Assembly (NCBI GenBank): GCA_963704755.1
Contig: OY969938.1
Location: forward strand, 4,530,001 to 4,562,000
From: an uncultured Chloroflexia bacterium
GTDB lineage: Bacteria; Chloroflexota; Anaerolineae; Anaerolineales; Anaerolineaceae
DNA length: 32,000 nucleotides
Direction: 5' to 3'
Position 1 is the stretch's first letter; every line of letters starts with the position of its first letter. Shown here piece after piece: positions 16,576 through 25,602 of this stretch. The notes under the pieces were generated by a model. That model ran no database searches. It saw nothing but the letters and a program-made list of their open reading frames with translations, and was not told the DNA's origin. Both the position numbers and the translations under genes were made by a program.

Positions 16576-16950
16576 CTACATCGTCGCGCCTGGCAGAGCC
16601 TGTAAGATCCCGAACACAATCCCGCCGGGGGCTTTGGCGTAGGCAAACCAGCCTACCCCAGGGATCTCGGTCCTGGGGGTGAGGATCTCACCGCCGTTGG
16701 CCTTGATTTTGGCTATCGTTTCGTCCAGGTCTTCCACATCGATGGTGTCAATCGTCCCCTCGATGCCGCCGCCGGGAGGCGGAAAGATGGCTCCGTTGAT
16801 GCCCGGTTGGTCTTTGTCGCCGGTAGAGACCAGTAAATATTCCGTGGGTCCGCCCCAGGAGGTAATTTCCCAATTCATTACCGTCTCGAAGAAACGCTTA
16901 CTGGCAGGCAGGTCGTTTGATGAAAATTCGAAATGGACTACGCGTCCCAT
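16576..16950 (-). CDS. VOC family protein (glyoxalase/bleomycin-resistance fold)
   Basis: ATG 16950 (MGRVVHFEF...) has an AAGGAG SD 8 nt upstream. The beta-alpha-beta-beta-beta pattern includes HFEF, FFETVMNWE and GWFAYAKAPGGIVFGI. Confidence 0.8.
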   Translation of the reverse strand: MGRVVHFEFSSNDLPASKRFFETVMNWEITSWGGPTEYLLVSTGDKDQPGINGAIFPPPGGGIEGTIDTIDVEDLDETIAKIKANGGEILTPRTEIPGVGWFAYAKAPGGIVFGILQALPGATM

Positions 16951-17285
16951 CTGACACACTCCTTTCAAATTTTAAAATAGAGAGATTAACGATCCGGTAA
17001 GGATATAATAGAATAGAACACGCGTTCTGTCAACGGGCAAATAAAGGCATATCCAAAATTTCTTCTTTCGATGGCATCCGCCATGTCGTTGCGAGTGGTT
17101 TTTGTAACCCAGACTCTACGATTTCTGCGGTAATGGTGACCAGGATCGCGTGGACAGGCGAGTAATCTCCCTGTTCGCTGAAGGGAGATGTTTTTCCGGC
17201 GAAATACGCCGCCCGGTAATGATTACTTTGGATGGACCTGGTTCTTATCGAACAGCGTTTGCAAAAATTGCCTATAATTAGGGAT

Positions 17286-18110
17286 ATGTTGATAAAGAAA
17301 TGGGTTCTTTTCATCCTGGTGTTTGGCCTGGCAATCTCGGCCTGCCAGGCTGCGCCCGTACAGCCAGCAGCCACTATTCCAGCCCCCACAGCAGTGGAAA
17401 CAACAATGCGTGTAGCCACAGAAGCGGTTAAGCCGGCCACTGCCACGCCTACTGAGACATCCACGCCGACTTTTACCGCCACGGCAACATCTACGGTGAC
17501 TGCTACCCCCACGGCGACGGCCAGTCCGTCAGCGGTGCCTACTTACGTGGTCTTGCGCGGGGAGGTCACCATTGCCCACGCGGTGTGCCATTATGGTCCC
17601 GGCGCGCCCTACCTGTATAAATATGGGGTGGTGGCGGGCAGCAATCTGGAAATCATCCGGCGAGTGGAGCTAGGCAATTACATCGAGGTGCAGGCGATCG
17701 GCGGCAATAACCCTTGCTGGGTGCGTGAGGATTACTTTAAGATCGATGGCAACCTGGCGAATGTGGAACCGGTCGATGCGGGCGATGTCAAGCTGCCCCT
17801 TTCGCCGTATTACGCTGCCCCGGCCAACGTCAATGCCACGCGCAGCGGAAATGAGGTGACCGTGAGCTGGAATGCGGTCGTTTTACGGGCCGGTGACGAT
17901 TCAGAGCAATACCCTTACGTGATCGAGGCCTGGGTCTGCCAGGGTGGGCAAATGGTGTTTACTCCCCTGGGCACTTACCAGACCACATTGACCATCCAGG
18001 ATGAGCCCGGTTGTGACACGCCCTCGCACGCCAACCTGATCGCGGCCGAGAAACACGGCTACACCCCGCGGGTGAAAATCGCCTGGCCGCCGGCGGTGGC
18101 AACGCCTTAG
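17286..18110 (+). CDS. Secreted lipoprotein, unknown function
   Basis: ATG 17286 gives MLIKKWVLFILVFGLAISAC, a signal peptide with an ISAC lipobox. This is followed by a T/A/P-rich linker and a Cys-containing globular C-terminal region. Confidence 0.7.
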   Translation: MLIKKWVLFILVFGLAISACQAAPVQPAATIPAPTAVETTMRVATEAVKPATATPTETSTPTFTATATSTVTATPTATASPSAVPTYVVLRGEVTIAHAVCHYGPGAPYLYKYGVVAGSNLEIIRRVELGNYIEVQAIGGNNPCWVREDYFKIDGNLANVEPVDAGDVKLPLSPYYAAPANVNATRSGNEVTVSWNAVVLRAGDDSEQYPYVIEAWVCQGGQMVFTPLGTYQTTLTIQDEPGCDTPSHANLIAAEKHGYTPRVKIAWPPAVATP

Positions 18111-18112
18111 AT

Positions 18113-18134
18113 ATAATCCTTTGTAAAGGATTAT
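18113..18134 (+). terminator. Hairpin immediately after the lipoprotein gene stop
   Basis: ATAATCCTTT GT AAAGGATTAT, 3 nt after the TAG at 18108-18110. No U-tail. Confidence 0.4.
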
Positions 18135-18380
18135 AGATTTCCCGTTCTAAACGAGAAAATACCCAGGTTTGGAGTGTGTAGGCGCGTTTCGGCCGCCCAC
18201 TCATCCCAAGGCTGGAAGTACCGCCCGTTATAAACAGAGGAGTCTACATTTCTTGACTATTCAGGCCCGAAGAAGGGAACTACCTCATTCGGTTCAGCGG
18301 TTACAGAAATTCTCAATTATTCTGGTGGAGTTGCTTGTTCCGCCGGGTCTGTAACAAACGATAAAACGTTGGGAGGAACG

Positions 18381-19352
18381 ATGAAGTATCGAAATTTTGG
18401 CAAGTTAGGCTGGCAGGTTAGCGAAGTCGGCTATGGGATGTGGGGCCTGGCCGGTTGGACCGGTTCGGAAGACCAGGAATCGCTCGATTCGATGCAACTG
18501 GCCGTGGATCTGGGCTGCAATTTCTTCGATACGGCCTGGGCGTATGGCAATGGCCACAGCGAGGAACTTTTGGGTAAATTGTTGAAGGCTAATTCGGGCA
18601 AGCGGCTGTACACGGCCACCAAGGTCCCGCCTAAGAACCGGGTTTGGCCCAGCCGGCGGCAATTCAAACTGGACGATTGTTTCCCGCCGGAGTACATCGA
18701 GGAATATGTCGGCTATAGTTTGAAAAATGCCGGTGTCGATCATTTCGACCTGGTCCAGTTCCATACCTGGGAAGATAGCTGGCTGGAAGATCCGCGCCTG
18801 GCCCAAACCATGAACACTCTGAAAAAGCAGTGCAAGGTGACGGCCTGGGGAATCAGCATCAACCGTTGGGAGCCCTGGAACGGGATCAAGGCAGTCCGCA
18901 GCGGTGAGATCGATGCGGTGCAATACATCTACAATATTTTCGACCAGAACCCCGAGGATGAGCTGCTGCCAGCCTGCCGGGAAATGAACGTGGCCTTTAT
19001 TGCCCGCGTCCCCTTTGACGAAGGTACCTTGACCGGCAAATTGACCCTGGACAGCTCCTGGCCGGAGGGCGATTGGCGCAATTCTTATTTCGTCCCGGAG
19101 AATCTACGATCGAGCCTCGCCCATGTGGAAAAGTTGCTGCCCCTGGTGCCGCCTGAAAATGATTTGCCCGGTATGGCGCTGCGTTTTATTTTGGATAATT
19201 CAGACATCACCACCGTCATCCCGGGAATGCGCAAACGCCATCACGTTGAATCCAACCTCGCCGCCAGCGACCAGCCGCGTTTATCGCCGGAACTCTATGC
19301 GGAGCTGAAGCGTCACCGCTGGGACCGCCTGCCAACCACCTGGTCACAGTAG
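18381..19352 (+). CDS. Aldo/keto reductase
   Basis: ATG 18381 follows a GGGAGG SD. AKR motifs: GYGMWGL, FFDTAWAYGNGHSEELLG, and catalytic Y/K/H context. Confidence 0.9.
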   Translation: MKYRNFGKLGWQVSEVGYGMWGLAGWTGSEDQESLDSMQLAVDLGCNFFDTAWAYGNGHSEELLGKLLKANSGKRLYTATKVPPKNRVWPSRRQFKLDDCFPPEYIEEYVGYSLKNAGVDHFDLVQFHTWEDSWLEDPRLAQTMNTLKKQCKVTAWGISINRWEPWNGIKAVRSGEIDAVQYIYNIFDQNPEDELLPACREMNVAFIARVPFDEGTLTGKLTLDSSWPEGDWRNSYFVPENLRSSLAHVEKLLPLVPPENDLPGMALRFILDNSDITTVIPGMRKRHHVESNLAASDQPRLSPELYAELKRHRWDRLPTTWSQ

Positions 19353-19446
19353 TTATCGCGTTTATGTAACTACTCGGCTCCTACTGTAATCCATCCGGTC
19401 CATCCGAACCTGCCTGAGTTGTTCTGTGTGTAATAAGTACTCAACC

Positions 19447-19491
19447 AAAAATGAGGTAATTGCGGGCATTGCCCGCAATTACCTCATTTTT
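19447..19491. terminator. Bidirectional intrinsic terminator between convergent genes
   Basis: 21-bp perfect stem AAAAATGAGGTAATTGCGGGC / GCCCGCAATTACCTCATTTTT with loop ATT. The A5/T5 ends give a U-run on either strand. It lies between the AKR (+) and LLM oxidoreductase (-) 3' ends. Confidence 0.7.
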
Positions 19492-19505
19492 AAAAACGAA
19501 CTACC

Positions 19506-20387
19506 TTACCACTTCTTGATTTCGGGGACAACCTCTTTGATGATGGCTTCCAGTGGAGTGATTTCGTAAATATTGGGCATACTGAAGATCACCTGCTGGA
19601 AGCCCAGTTCGAACAGCGAGCGGAAATGGTCCAGCACATCGCCAGTGCTCATTTGACCGGGTGCGAGATAGATAAAGGAGAGAGCGGTCTTTTCGATATC
19701 ATCATAAGGCCGGCCTACCTGTTCGCAATGTTGGCGTAATACATCCAGCTTGTGACGCAGAACATCATCGCCCATACGGGCAAAGATGTTACAGGCATCG
19801 GCATATTGGGCCACCAGGCGCAAGGTCTTTTTCTCGCCTACCCCGCCGATGAGGATAGGGGGGCGTGGCTTGCTGATCGGCTGGGGGTGGTTGAGCGGCC
19901 GTTCAAGGTGATAATACTGGCCTTCGAAGGGGGTTTCGTCGCCGCTCCACATTTGTAAGATAATTTGCAAAGCCTCTTCCAGTCGGCGGAAACGCTCGGC
20001 CACCGGCGGGAAGGGGATGCCCAGGCTGCGGGACTCCACTTCGTTCCAGGCTGCGCCGATCCCCAGGTAAGCCCTGCCACCGGAAAGCACGTCCAATGTG
20101 CTGACCTGTTTGGCTAAAATGGCCGGATGGCGGTAGATCACGCCGGTCACCATGGTACCCAGACGGACCGATTGGGTTTTGCCGGCCAGGAAGTTCAACG
20201 TGCTGTAACTTTCCAGCATGGGTTCTTCAATTTGCCCCACGTTAGGGATCTGGAAAAAATGATCCATAACCCAAATACTGTTGAAACCGCCTTGATCGGC
20301 CGTCTGGGCAATCCTGGTCAAAGTCGGTGCGATCTCGGCGCTGCCGCCCGGCCAGGTAAAGTTCGGTATCTGTAAACCAATTTTCAT
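19506..20387 (-). CDS. LLM-class (luciferase-like) F420-dependent oxidoreductase
   Basis: 293 aa starting MKIGLQIPNF...FNSIWVMDHFFQIP, with GAAWNEVE, typical of the TIGR03560-like LLM family. GAGGTG SD. Confidence 0.78.
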   Translation of the reverse strand: MKIGLQIPNFTWPGGSAEIAPTLTRIAQTADQGGFNSIWVMDHFFQIPNVGQIEEPMLESYSTLNFLAGKTQSVRLGTMVTGVIYRHPAILAKQVSTLDVLSGGRAYLGIGAAWNEVESRSLGIPFPPVAERFRRLEEALQIILQMWSGDETPFEGQYYHLERPLNHPQPISKPRPPILIGGVGEKKTLRLVAQYADACNIFARMGDDVLRHKLDVLRQHCEQVGRPYDDIEKTALSFIYLAPGQMSTGDVLDHFRSLFELGFQQVIFSMPNIYEITPLEAIIKEVVPEIKKW

Positions 20388-20561
20388 TGTTCACCTCAAT
20401 TGTATAAAGGGTTAGTACATTAACTGCCCGGGAATAGTAGGACGGGTTTTATGGAACACAGGATTCCTGCTCCCAAAAGCAGATTAGGTAATTATCGACC
20501 TTTTTTGTAAATTACGCAAATTTCACTAAAATTTGGCTGGAAAGATCATTGTGATCTACCT

Positions 20562-20589
20562 GAACATATGTTATAATGAACATATGTTA
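20562..20589 (+). promoter_or_regulatory. Duplicated palindromic operator (AACATATGTT x2) bracketing a TATAAT box; candidate PadR autoregulatory site
   Basis: GAACATATGTTA occurs at 20562-20573 and 20578-20589. TATAAT at 20572-20577 lies between the two palindromes. The site is 24 nt upstream of the PadR ATG. Confidence 0.5.
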
Positions 20590-20612
20590 ATATAAAATCA
20601 ACGGAGATTCTT

Positions 20613-21164
20613 ATGACCATCGAATATGCAATTTTGGGTTTGTTAAGCTGGAAGGCGCTCAGCGGATACGATTTGAAAAAGATGATCGCTGAGTCGGCCT
20701 TGTACTACTGGTCAGGCAATAACAACCAGATTTACCGCTCGCTGATCCAACTTCATACCGATGGGCTCGTCACGCAGGACGTGCAGCAGCAAGAGCACCT
20801 GCCAGCCCGCAAGATCTATGCGATCACCCCCAAAGGGCGTGAACGATTACGCGAATGGGTTCTGGCCAATCCGCAATCGCCGGAAATCCACAATACATTT
20901 TTGCTTCAACTGGCCTGGACCGACCGGCTCGAGGACGATGAGCTGGCCGAACTGGTGGACCGCTACGAGCAGGAAGTGGAATACAAGATGCTTATGGTGC
21001 AGGAACAGGTCAAACGCGATTCCGGCCATCCTCAACGGACCACGCGCGAGGCTTACCTGTGGGACATGATCGGCGATAACCTGGTCAAGAGCTACCAAAG
21101 CCAGTTGGATTGGATTCGTAAACTCAAGACAGGCTTGCAAGCCTACCGGATCACCCATGAATGA
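20613..21164 (+). CDS. PadR family transcriptional regulator
   Basis: Winged-helix N-terminus: YAILGLLSWKALSGYDLKK...NNQIYRSLIQLHTDGLV...RKIYAITPKGRERL. Confidence 0.9.
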   Translation: MTIEYAILGLLSWKALSGYDLKKMIAESALYYWSGNNNQIYRSLIQLHTDGLVTQDVQQQEHLPARKIYAITPKGRERLREWVLANPQSPEIHNTFLLQLAWTDRLEDDELAELVDRYEQEVEYKMLMVQEQVKRDSGHPQRTTREAYLWDMIGDNLVKSYQSQLDWIRKLKTGLQAYRITHE

Positions 21165-21531
21165 GGAAATTGTTTGCGTCCTGGTCAATTATGGTGGTAA
21201 AACGATCCTGGACTGCCGCAAATCCGGAATGTTCCTGAATTCGGAACAGGCAGCCGTCGAATTGGTCGGCATATGTGGTGAAAACGACACACACCTGCTG
21301 CTCTTTTCCGTCGAAAACGTCCCGGAAGCGTTTTTCGATCTGCGCACTCGCCTGGCAGGGGATATCCTGCAAAAGTTTGCCGTCTATTCAGTGAAGGCGG
21401 CTATGGTTGCTGCCCCTGAAATAACGAACGCTGGTCGGTTCGGTGAGATGGCCTGGGAGGCCAACCGGGGCAACCAGTTCCACATTTTTACTCAAGAAGC
21501 GGCTGCCCTGGCGTGGTTAGCCAATAGTTAA
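21157..21531 (+). CDS. DUF4180 domain protein (common PadR partner)
   Basis: ATGAATGA overlap with the padR stop. The conserved segment FFDLRTRLAGDILQKF matches my memory of the DUF4180 family. Confidence 0.75.
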   Translation: MNEEIVCVLVNYGGKTILDCRKSGMFLNSEQAAVELVGICGENDTHLLLFSVENVPEAFFDLRTRLAGDILQKFAVYSVKAAMVAAPEITNAGRFGEMAWEANRGNQFHIFTQEAAALAWLANS

Positions 21532-21540
21532 GTACCCGTT

Positions 21541-21575
21541 GTTTATCCTGGGGGGTGAAGCTGACCAGGATAAAC
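21541..21575. terminator. Hairpin between convergent DUF4180 and lysA genes
   Basis: GTTTATCCTGG (21541-21551), a 13-nt loop, then CCAGGATAAAC (21565-21575). Confidence 0.5.
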
Positions 21576-21578
21576 ACC

Positions 21579-22895
21579 TTAAGCCCGGTTTTGCCACCAG
21601 CCCGGTCCGGCCGGGTTTTCACGGGTTTGCATCACTTCGACTTTACCGGCATCGAGCCACAGCACCGTTGGCCGGGGGGCCATGTTGTAATTGGACGCCA
21701 TGCTCAACTGGTAGGCGCCAGCGGCCGGGACGGCCAGGTAATCGCCGCGCTGCAGGGGCGGCAGGCTGATTTCGGGGATCAATACGTCACCGCTCTCGCA
21801 GTAGCGCCCGACGATGCTGACCGGGTCGGTTACCGCGGCCAGCGGGTCTTTGACCGGCACCGCTGTGTAGCGGGCTTGGTAAAGGGCCACCCGCGGATTA
21901 TCGGCCAGGCCGCCGTCGATGGCAATCAAGTGTTTGCCCGTGGCGGTTGTTTTTTGCATGCCAACCTGGTAGATGGCTACACCGGCGCGCGCAACCAGCC
22001 AGCGGCCGGGCTCTAAAACCAGGCGGGGATAGGTGGGCCAATCGTGATGGATACAGGCTTCCTGAACCGCACCGGAGACGGTTTGCACCCATTGCTGGGG
22101 ATCATCGGACGGGTCACCGGGCAGGTAACGGACACCCCAACCTCCGCCTGGGCTGATTTCGGCCGGGATGTAGCCGGTTTCCTCTACTAACCCGGTCAAA
22201 ATTTGAACGGCAAGCTGGTAAGGCGCAACCTCGGTGATTTGAGAACCAAGATGGGTGTGTAACCCGGCTAATTCGATGACCGGGCTGGTCAGCGCCATTT
22301 GAATGGCCTGGGCTGCTTCGCCATTGGTGGTGTGCAGCCCGAATTTGCTCTCACTGTGACCGGTGGCGATATGCGGGTGGGTGTGGATTTCTATGTCAGG
22401 AGTGATACGCAGCCAGACGCGGGCTTTTTTGTGGGCTTGCGCGGCTAAATCTTCCAGCAGCTCCAGCTCCTCCAGGTTATCGACCACGATAGCCTGGATT
22501 TCCCAATCCAGGGCAGCCGTCAGTTCTTCTACGCTTTTATTGTTGCCGTGCAGGTGGACGGCACCGGCGGAAAAGCCGGCCTGGCGGGCGATCTGCATTT
22601 CGCCCAGGCTGACGACATCCACGCCGACGCCCATTTCCTGTAATTTTTGGGCCAGGAAGGGCGAAAAGTAGGCTTTGGCTGCGTAAGCGATCAACGCCTG
22701 GCCGGGATAATAGCGCTTGAATAACTCAGCCAGCCGACCGGCCTGTCCGCGAATGGTGGCAGCGTCATACAGGTAAAGCGGGGTGCCGTATTCCCGGGCC
22801 AGGGCTTCCAGGTCCTGCCCGTTAATGGCCAGGCGGCCGGCGGAATTTACGGTAGTTCCCGGTGGAAAAAGGGTAAGATCGGCTGTTGTTGCCAT
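21579..22895 (-). CDS. lysA: Diaminopimelate decarboxylase
   Basis: PLP-fold decarboxylase with YAAKA (PLP lysine), HxHxGSQ-like HTHLGSQ, GGGWG and CESGD. ATG at 22895; the ORF track's TTG at 22901 is the alternative start. Confidence 0.92.
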   Translation of the reverse strand: MATTADLTLFPPGTTVNSAGRLAINGQDLEALAREYGTPLYLYDAATIRGQAGRLAELFKRYYPGQALIAYAAKAYFSPFLAQKLQEMGVGVDVVSLGEMQIARQAGFSAGAVHLHGNNKSVEELTAALDWEIQAIVVDNLEELELLEDLAAQAHKKARVWLRITPDIEIHTHPHIATGHSESKFGLHTTNGEAAQAIQMALTSPVIELAGLHTHLGSQITEVAPYQLAVQILTGLVEETGYIPAEISPGGGWGVRYLPGDPSDDPQQWVQTVSGAVQEACIHHDWPTYPRLVLEPGRWLVARAGVAIYQVGMQKTTATGKHLIAIDGGLADNPRVALYQARYTAVPVKDPLAAVTDPVSIVGRYCESGDVLIPEISLPPLQRGDYLAVPAAGAYQLSMASNYNMAPRPTVLWLDAGKVEVMQTRENPAGPGWWQNRA

Positions 22896-22903
22896 TAACA
22901 ACT

Positions 22904-23437
22904 TTAGTCCTTGGTTAGATATTTATCACTTCCCCTGGCGGTGAGGATTTCACCGTAGAAAATTCGGTGGAAGTCCTCATGAGGGTAATTATCCAAAATG
23001 GATTTATCCAGGAAATGGGCCGGATCGAAATCGGCCCAATAGAGTTTACGACATTCAATGATTAATTCTGCCTCGCTGTAAACCGGTGCCGCGACCAGGT
23101 CGGCCGCGACCGGCGTAATCCCGGCGGCTTCGGGCTTATCCAGGTCCCGCCCGGAGAGAGAACCCATCAATGACAGGGACTGGCGGTATTCTTTTGGAAA
23201 AGCACACAGGGTAAATGTGTCGTATTGATTGATAAATTCATACGTGTATCGCTGGGGCCGGACAAAAACCTGGGCGACCGGGCGTTCCCACAGGGACCCG
23301 ATCCCACCCCAAGAAATTGTCATCGAATTGAAATGGCCGATCGTAAAATCGCCCGCAGTGAGTAAGAGCCAGTTACCATCCCACAAATTGTATGCGTCCA
23401 GGTGGAGTTTAGCGATCGAAATATTGTGTAAATCCAT
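22904..23437 (-). CDS. Flavin reductase family protein (FMN-binding split barrel)
   Basis: 177 aa. NSMTISWGGIGSLWERPV...VRPQRYTYEF...SGRDLDK is characteristic of this widespread family. Confidence 0.8.
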   Translation of the reverse strand: MDLHNISIAKLHLDAYNLWDGNWLLLTAGDFTIGHFNSMTISWGGIGSLWERPVAQVFVRPQRYTYEFINQYDTFTLCAFPKEYRQSLSLMGSLSGRDLDKPEAAGITPVAADLVAAPVYSEAELIIECRKLYWADFDPAHFLDKSILDNYPHEDFHRIFYGEILTARGSDKYLTKD

Positions 23438-23513
23438 GTCGAGGCCTCATTTTGGTTATGATGGGATGTCTTGATTGTAATCTACAAAAAGGCTCAGCCC
23501 AACGGGTAAAAAG

Positions 23514-23564
23514 CCGAATTTGAGATGTTTGCGGTTTTCAACCCCGCAAACATCTCAAATTCGG
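23514..23564. repeat. 21-bp perfect-stem palindrome, family member 1
   Basis: CCGAATTTGAGATGTTTGCGG (23514-23534), a 9-nt loop, then the exact reverse complement (23544-23564). It lies 23 nt after the stop of the CPBP-like gene. Confidence 0.9.
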
Positions 23565-23586
23565 GGTTCTCTTGATAAGCCTGAAT

Positions 23587-24315
23587 TCACTTGATCGAGA
23601 CGGATAGAACCATGATTGCGGTGGAAAGGTCCAGCAGCCCGTGAAGGATAACCAGGTAAGGCAGCAGCCGCGCACGCCATTTCATCACGATGGCAACCAC
23701 TAATGCAAACGGGAGGAACATCAACAGGCGCCAGAGGAGGAATCTCCCGTCGAAGATCAAGGGCAGAGTGATATGCTGCGCCGCCAGGACAATTCCGCTA
23801 ATCGCAATTGCCCCAAAAGCTCCTACGCCTTTTTCGATGCGAGGCATCACGTACGAAAAATAGGTCGGCAATTCGGCCAGTGAGATGGTTACAGGAAACA
23901 ACACCAGGGCCGGCAGGATTGCCCAGAGCGGCAGCGGCTTCACAAACATCGCCACAGTGGCCTGTGGATCACCGAACAGCCATTGGGCAATAAGCAGATT
24001 AGGAACCGTAGCCAGGATCGCGATCACGACCGTCAGCCAGGCCATCGTGCCCAGGTCGCCTTTGAGCGTATCGCGCCGGAAGCGGAAGATATCCCAGTAG
24101 CGCAAGCCCTCGCGCTTGTTGAGCCAAATCAATAGGCCGATGCAAATCAGGTTCGTCAGGGTAGCCGAGATCGGCCACCAGGCAATCGAAGCCGTCCAGG
24201 CCGAATTGGATCCTCGCAGATAAAAAATTAATGCAATGATGGCTTGCCAGCCCGCAAAGAGAGTGATCCTGGAGAAGAGCATAAACCAGGCGGGGGTATT
24301 TGATTCCTTATTCAT
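23587..24315 (-). CDS. Polytopic membrane protein, CPBP (CAAX protease)-like
   Basis: 242 aa with about 7 hydrophobic helices. Loosely CPBP-like motifs: AELPTYFSYVMPR, LAAQH, ILHGLLD. The assignment is tentative. Confidence 0.45.
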   Translation of the reverse strand: MNKESNTPAWFMLFSRITLFAGWQAIIALIFYLRGSNSAWTASIAWWPISATLTNLICIGLLIWLNKREGLRYWDIFRFRRDTLKGDLGTMAWLTVVIAILATVPNLLIAQWLFGDPQATVAMFVKPLPLWAILPALVLFPVTISLAELPTYFSYVMPRIEKGVGAFGAIAISGIVLAAQHITLPLIFDGRFLLWRLLMFLPFALVVAIVMKWRARLLPYLVILHGLLDLSTAIMVLSVSIK

Positions 24316-24474
24316 TTGGGTTCCTTTTGGGAGTTTGTTTTATTAGAATAGCCGCCTGCGCGGATCCTCTTAAACAATAATAAACCTGAAAGGAAAATTC
24401 ACCCTGGCCGATCAGTCAGTCATCCCCTGTCTGGCAGGTTAATATTTGATTAAAAGATTTGTCCTGCCCGGCTC

Positions 24475-25429
24475 TTAATTTTCACTTGGAACGCGATGGA
24501 TTTTTCGCACGATCTGGTCTTTAAGCCAGCTCAGTTCGAGAATGGTACGTTCGTGATCGCTCAGAATATGCTCGCCCTTGACCTTCATTAAATAATCCAA
24601 AAGGGTTGTGACGGGAACGAACCAGCCGTTTTTCTTGCTCAATCGCTCCAGGCGCTGTTGGAAAAGGGGATGGATACGCCCATCGTTGATAAAGCGGCTG
24701 CCAAAATGGGTGTACATAATACACGCGCCGCCTTCTTCTTCGAGCCGGTCTTGATTGGCCTCGCAAATTTCCTCGACAAAACGGTCTCCGTTGGCCCCGT
24801 CGGTGGCCGCAAACCAGTTCTTCACGAAAGGCCGTTCCGGGTCATAGTAAGGCATTTGAGGGCAAGATTTGAGCGTGTTGACGTCCAGAAAAGTAAAATT
24901 ACGGACATATTTTAATTTTTTCGAAGCAGATGTCACCCCAAAAGAGCCGGCTGTTGGTCACATGGCCTTGATATTTATTCTGCCGCTCGTGGTTGGAGAG
25001 CAAATTGTAAACCGGGCGGGTAATGCTGCTGAAACGAGCGTCTCCCCAATAGATGTTCTCCTGGCAGTCGCCGTGATTTACGTGTATGTGAGGATCGCTG
25101 CCGAAATACTCGTGAAAGCGCTCGAGTCCCTGGATGACCGTCTGCCGGTCGGAGGTGGTGTTGGTCACGTTGTGCAGGGCGATTTCGAATCCCTGGGATT
25201 GGAGTGATTTTACCCAATCTCGGTAAACGGGATCCTGGCAGGTAGCACCCCCAATAGATGGTTTGGAAAGGCCTTGTAAAGGCCAAACGGACTTAGTCGT
25301 CCGGAAGCCCAGGTCGCTCAGAATTTGATAAATTGGCGGCCCATTGCGGATCGTGGTGCGATCGGTGTCGTCAAAAATTGTAAAAGCAAAGGACTTTCCT
25401 TCTGGCCAGGTGATGGATCCCATCTTCAA
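24475..25429 (-). pseudogene. Polysaccharide-deacetylase-like protein, split by a 1-nt frameshift
   Basis: Two overlapping ORFs (24899-25429 and 24475-24936) read as one protein if one A is removed from the A6 run (T6 at 24916-24921 on the plus strand): ...FWGDICFEK|LKYVRNFTFLDVN... The N-terminal FAFTIFDDTD resembles the CE4 TFDD motif. The family call is tentative. Confidence 0.5.
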
Positions 25430-25544
25430 TGCCCCCTACCTGTGAACGGATATATTCTTATTCTAGCTTTCCTGTGACCAAGGTCAAGAGCTAAATCTTA
25501 GAACATTATTAAATTTTGTAGCTGCCTGGCTGAACGGGTAAGAA

Positions 25545-25595
25545 CCCCGGATTTGAGGTGTTTGCGAAGCCTTCGCAAACACCTCAAATCCGGGG
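25545..25595. repeat. 25-bp perfect-stem palindrome, family member 2
   Basis: CCCCGGATTTGAGGTGTTTGCGAAG (25545-25569), C, then the exact reverse complement (25571-25595). It lies 8 nt after the crtI stop. The arms match those of the 23514 element at 18 of 21 positions. Confidence 0.9.
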
Positions 25596-25602
25596 TAACC
25601 TT

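Noticed and set aside
17030-17512. 160-aa minus-strand ORF with a VAVTVDVAVAVKVGV repeat.
   Set aside because: It is the mirror translation of the T/A/P-rich linker of the plus-strand lipoprotein gene, and its remainder covers intergenic sequence.
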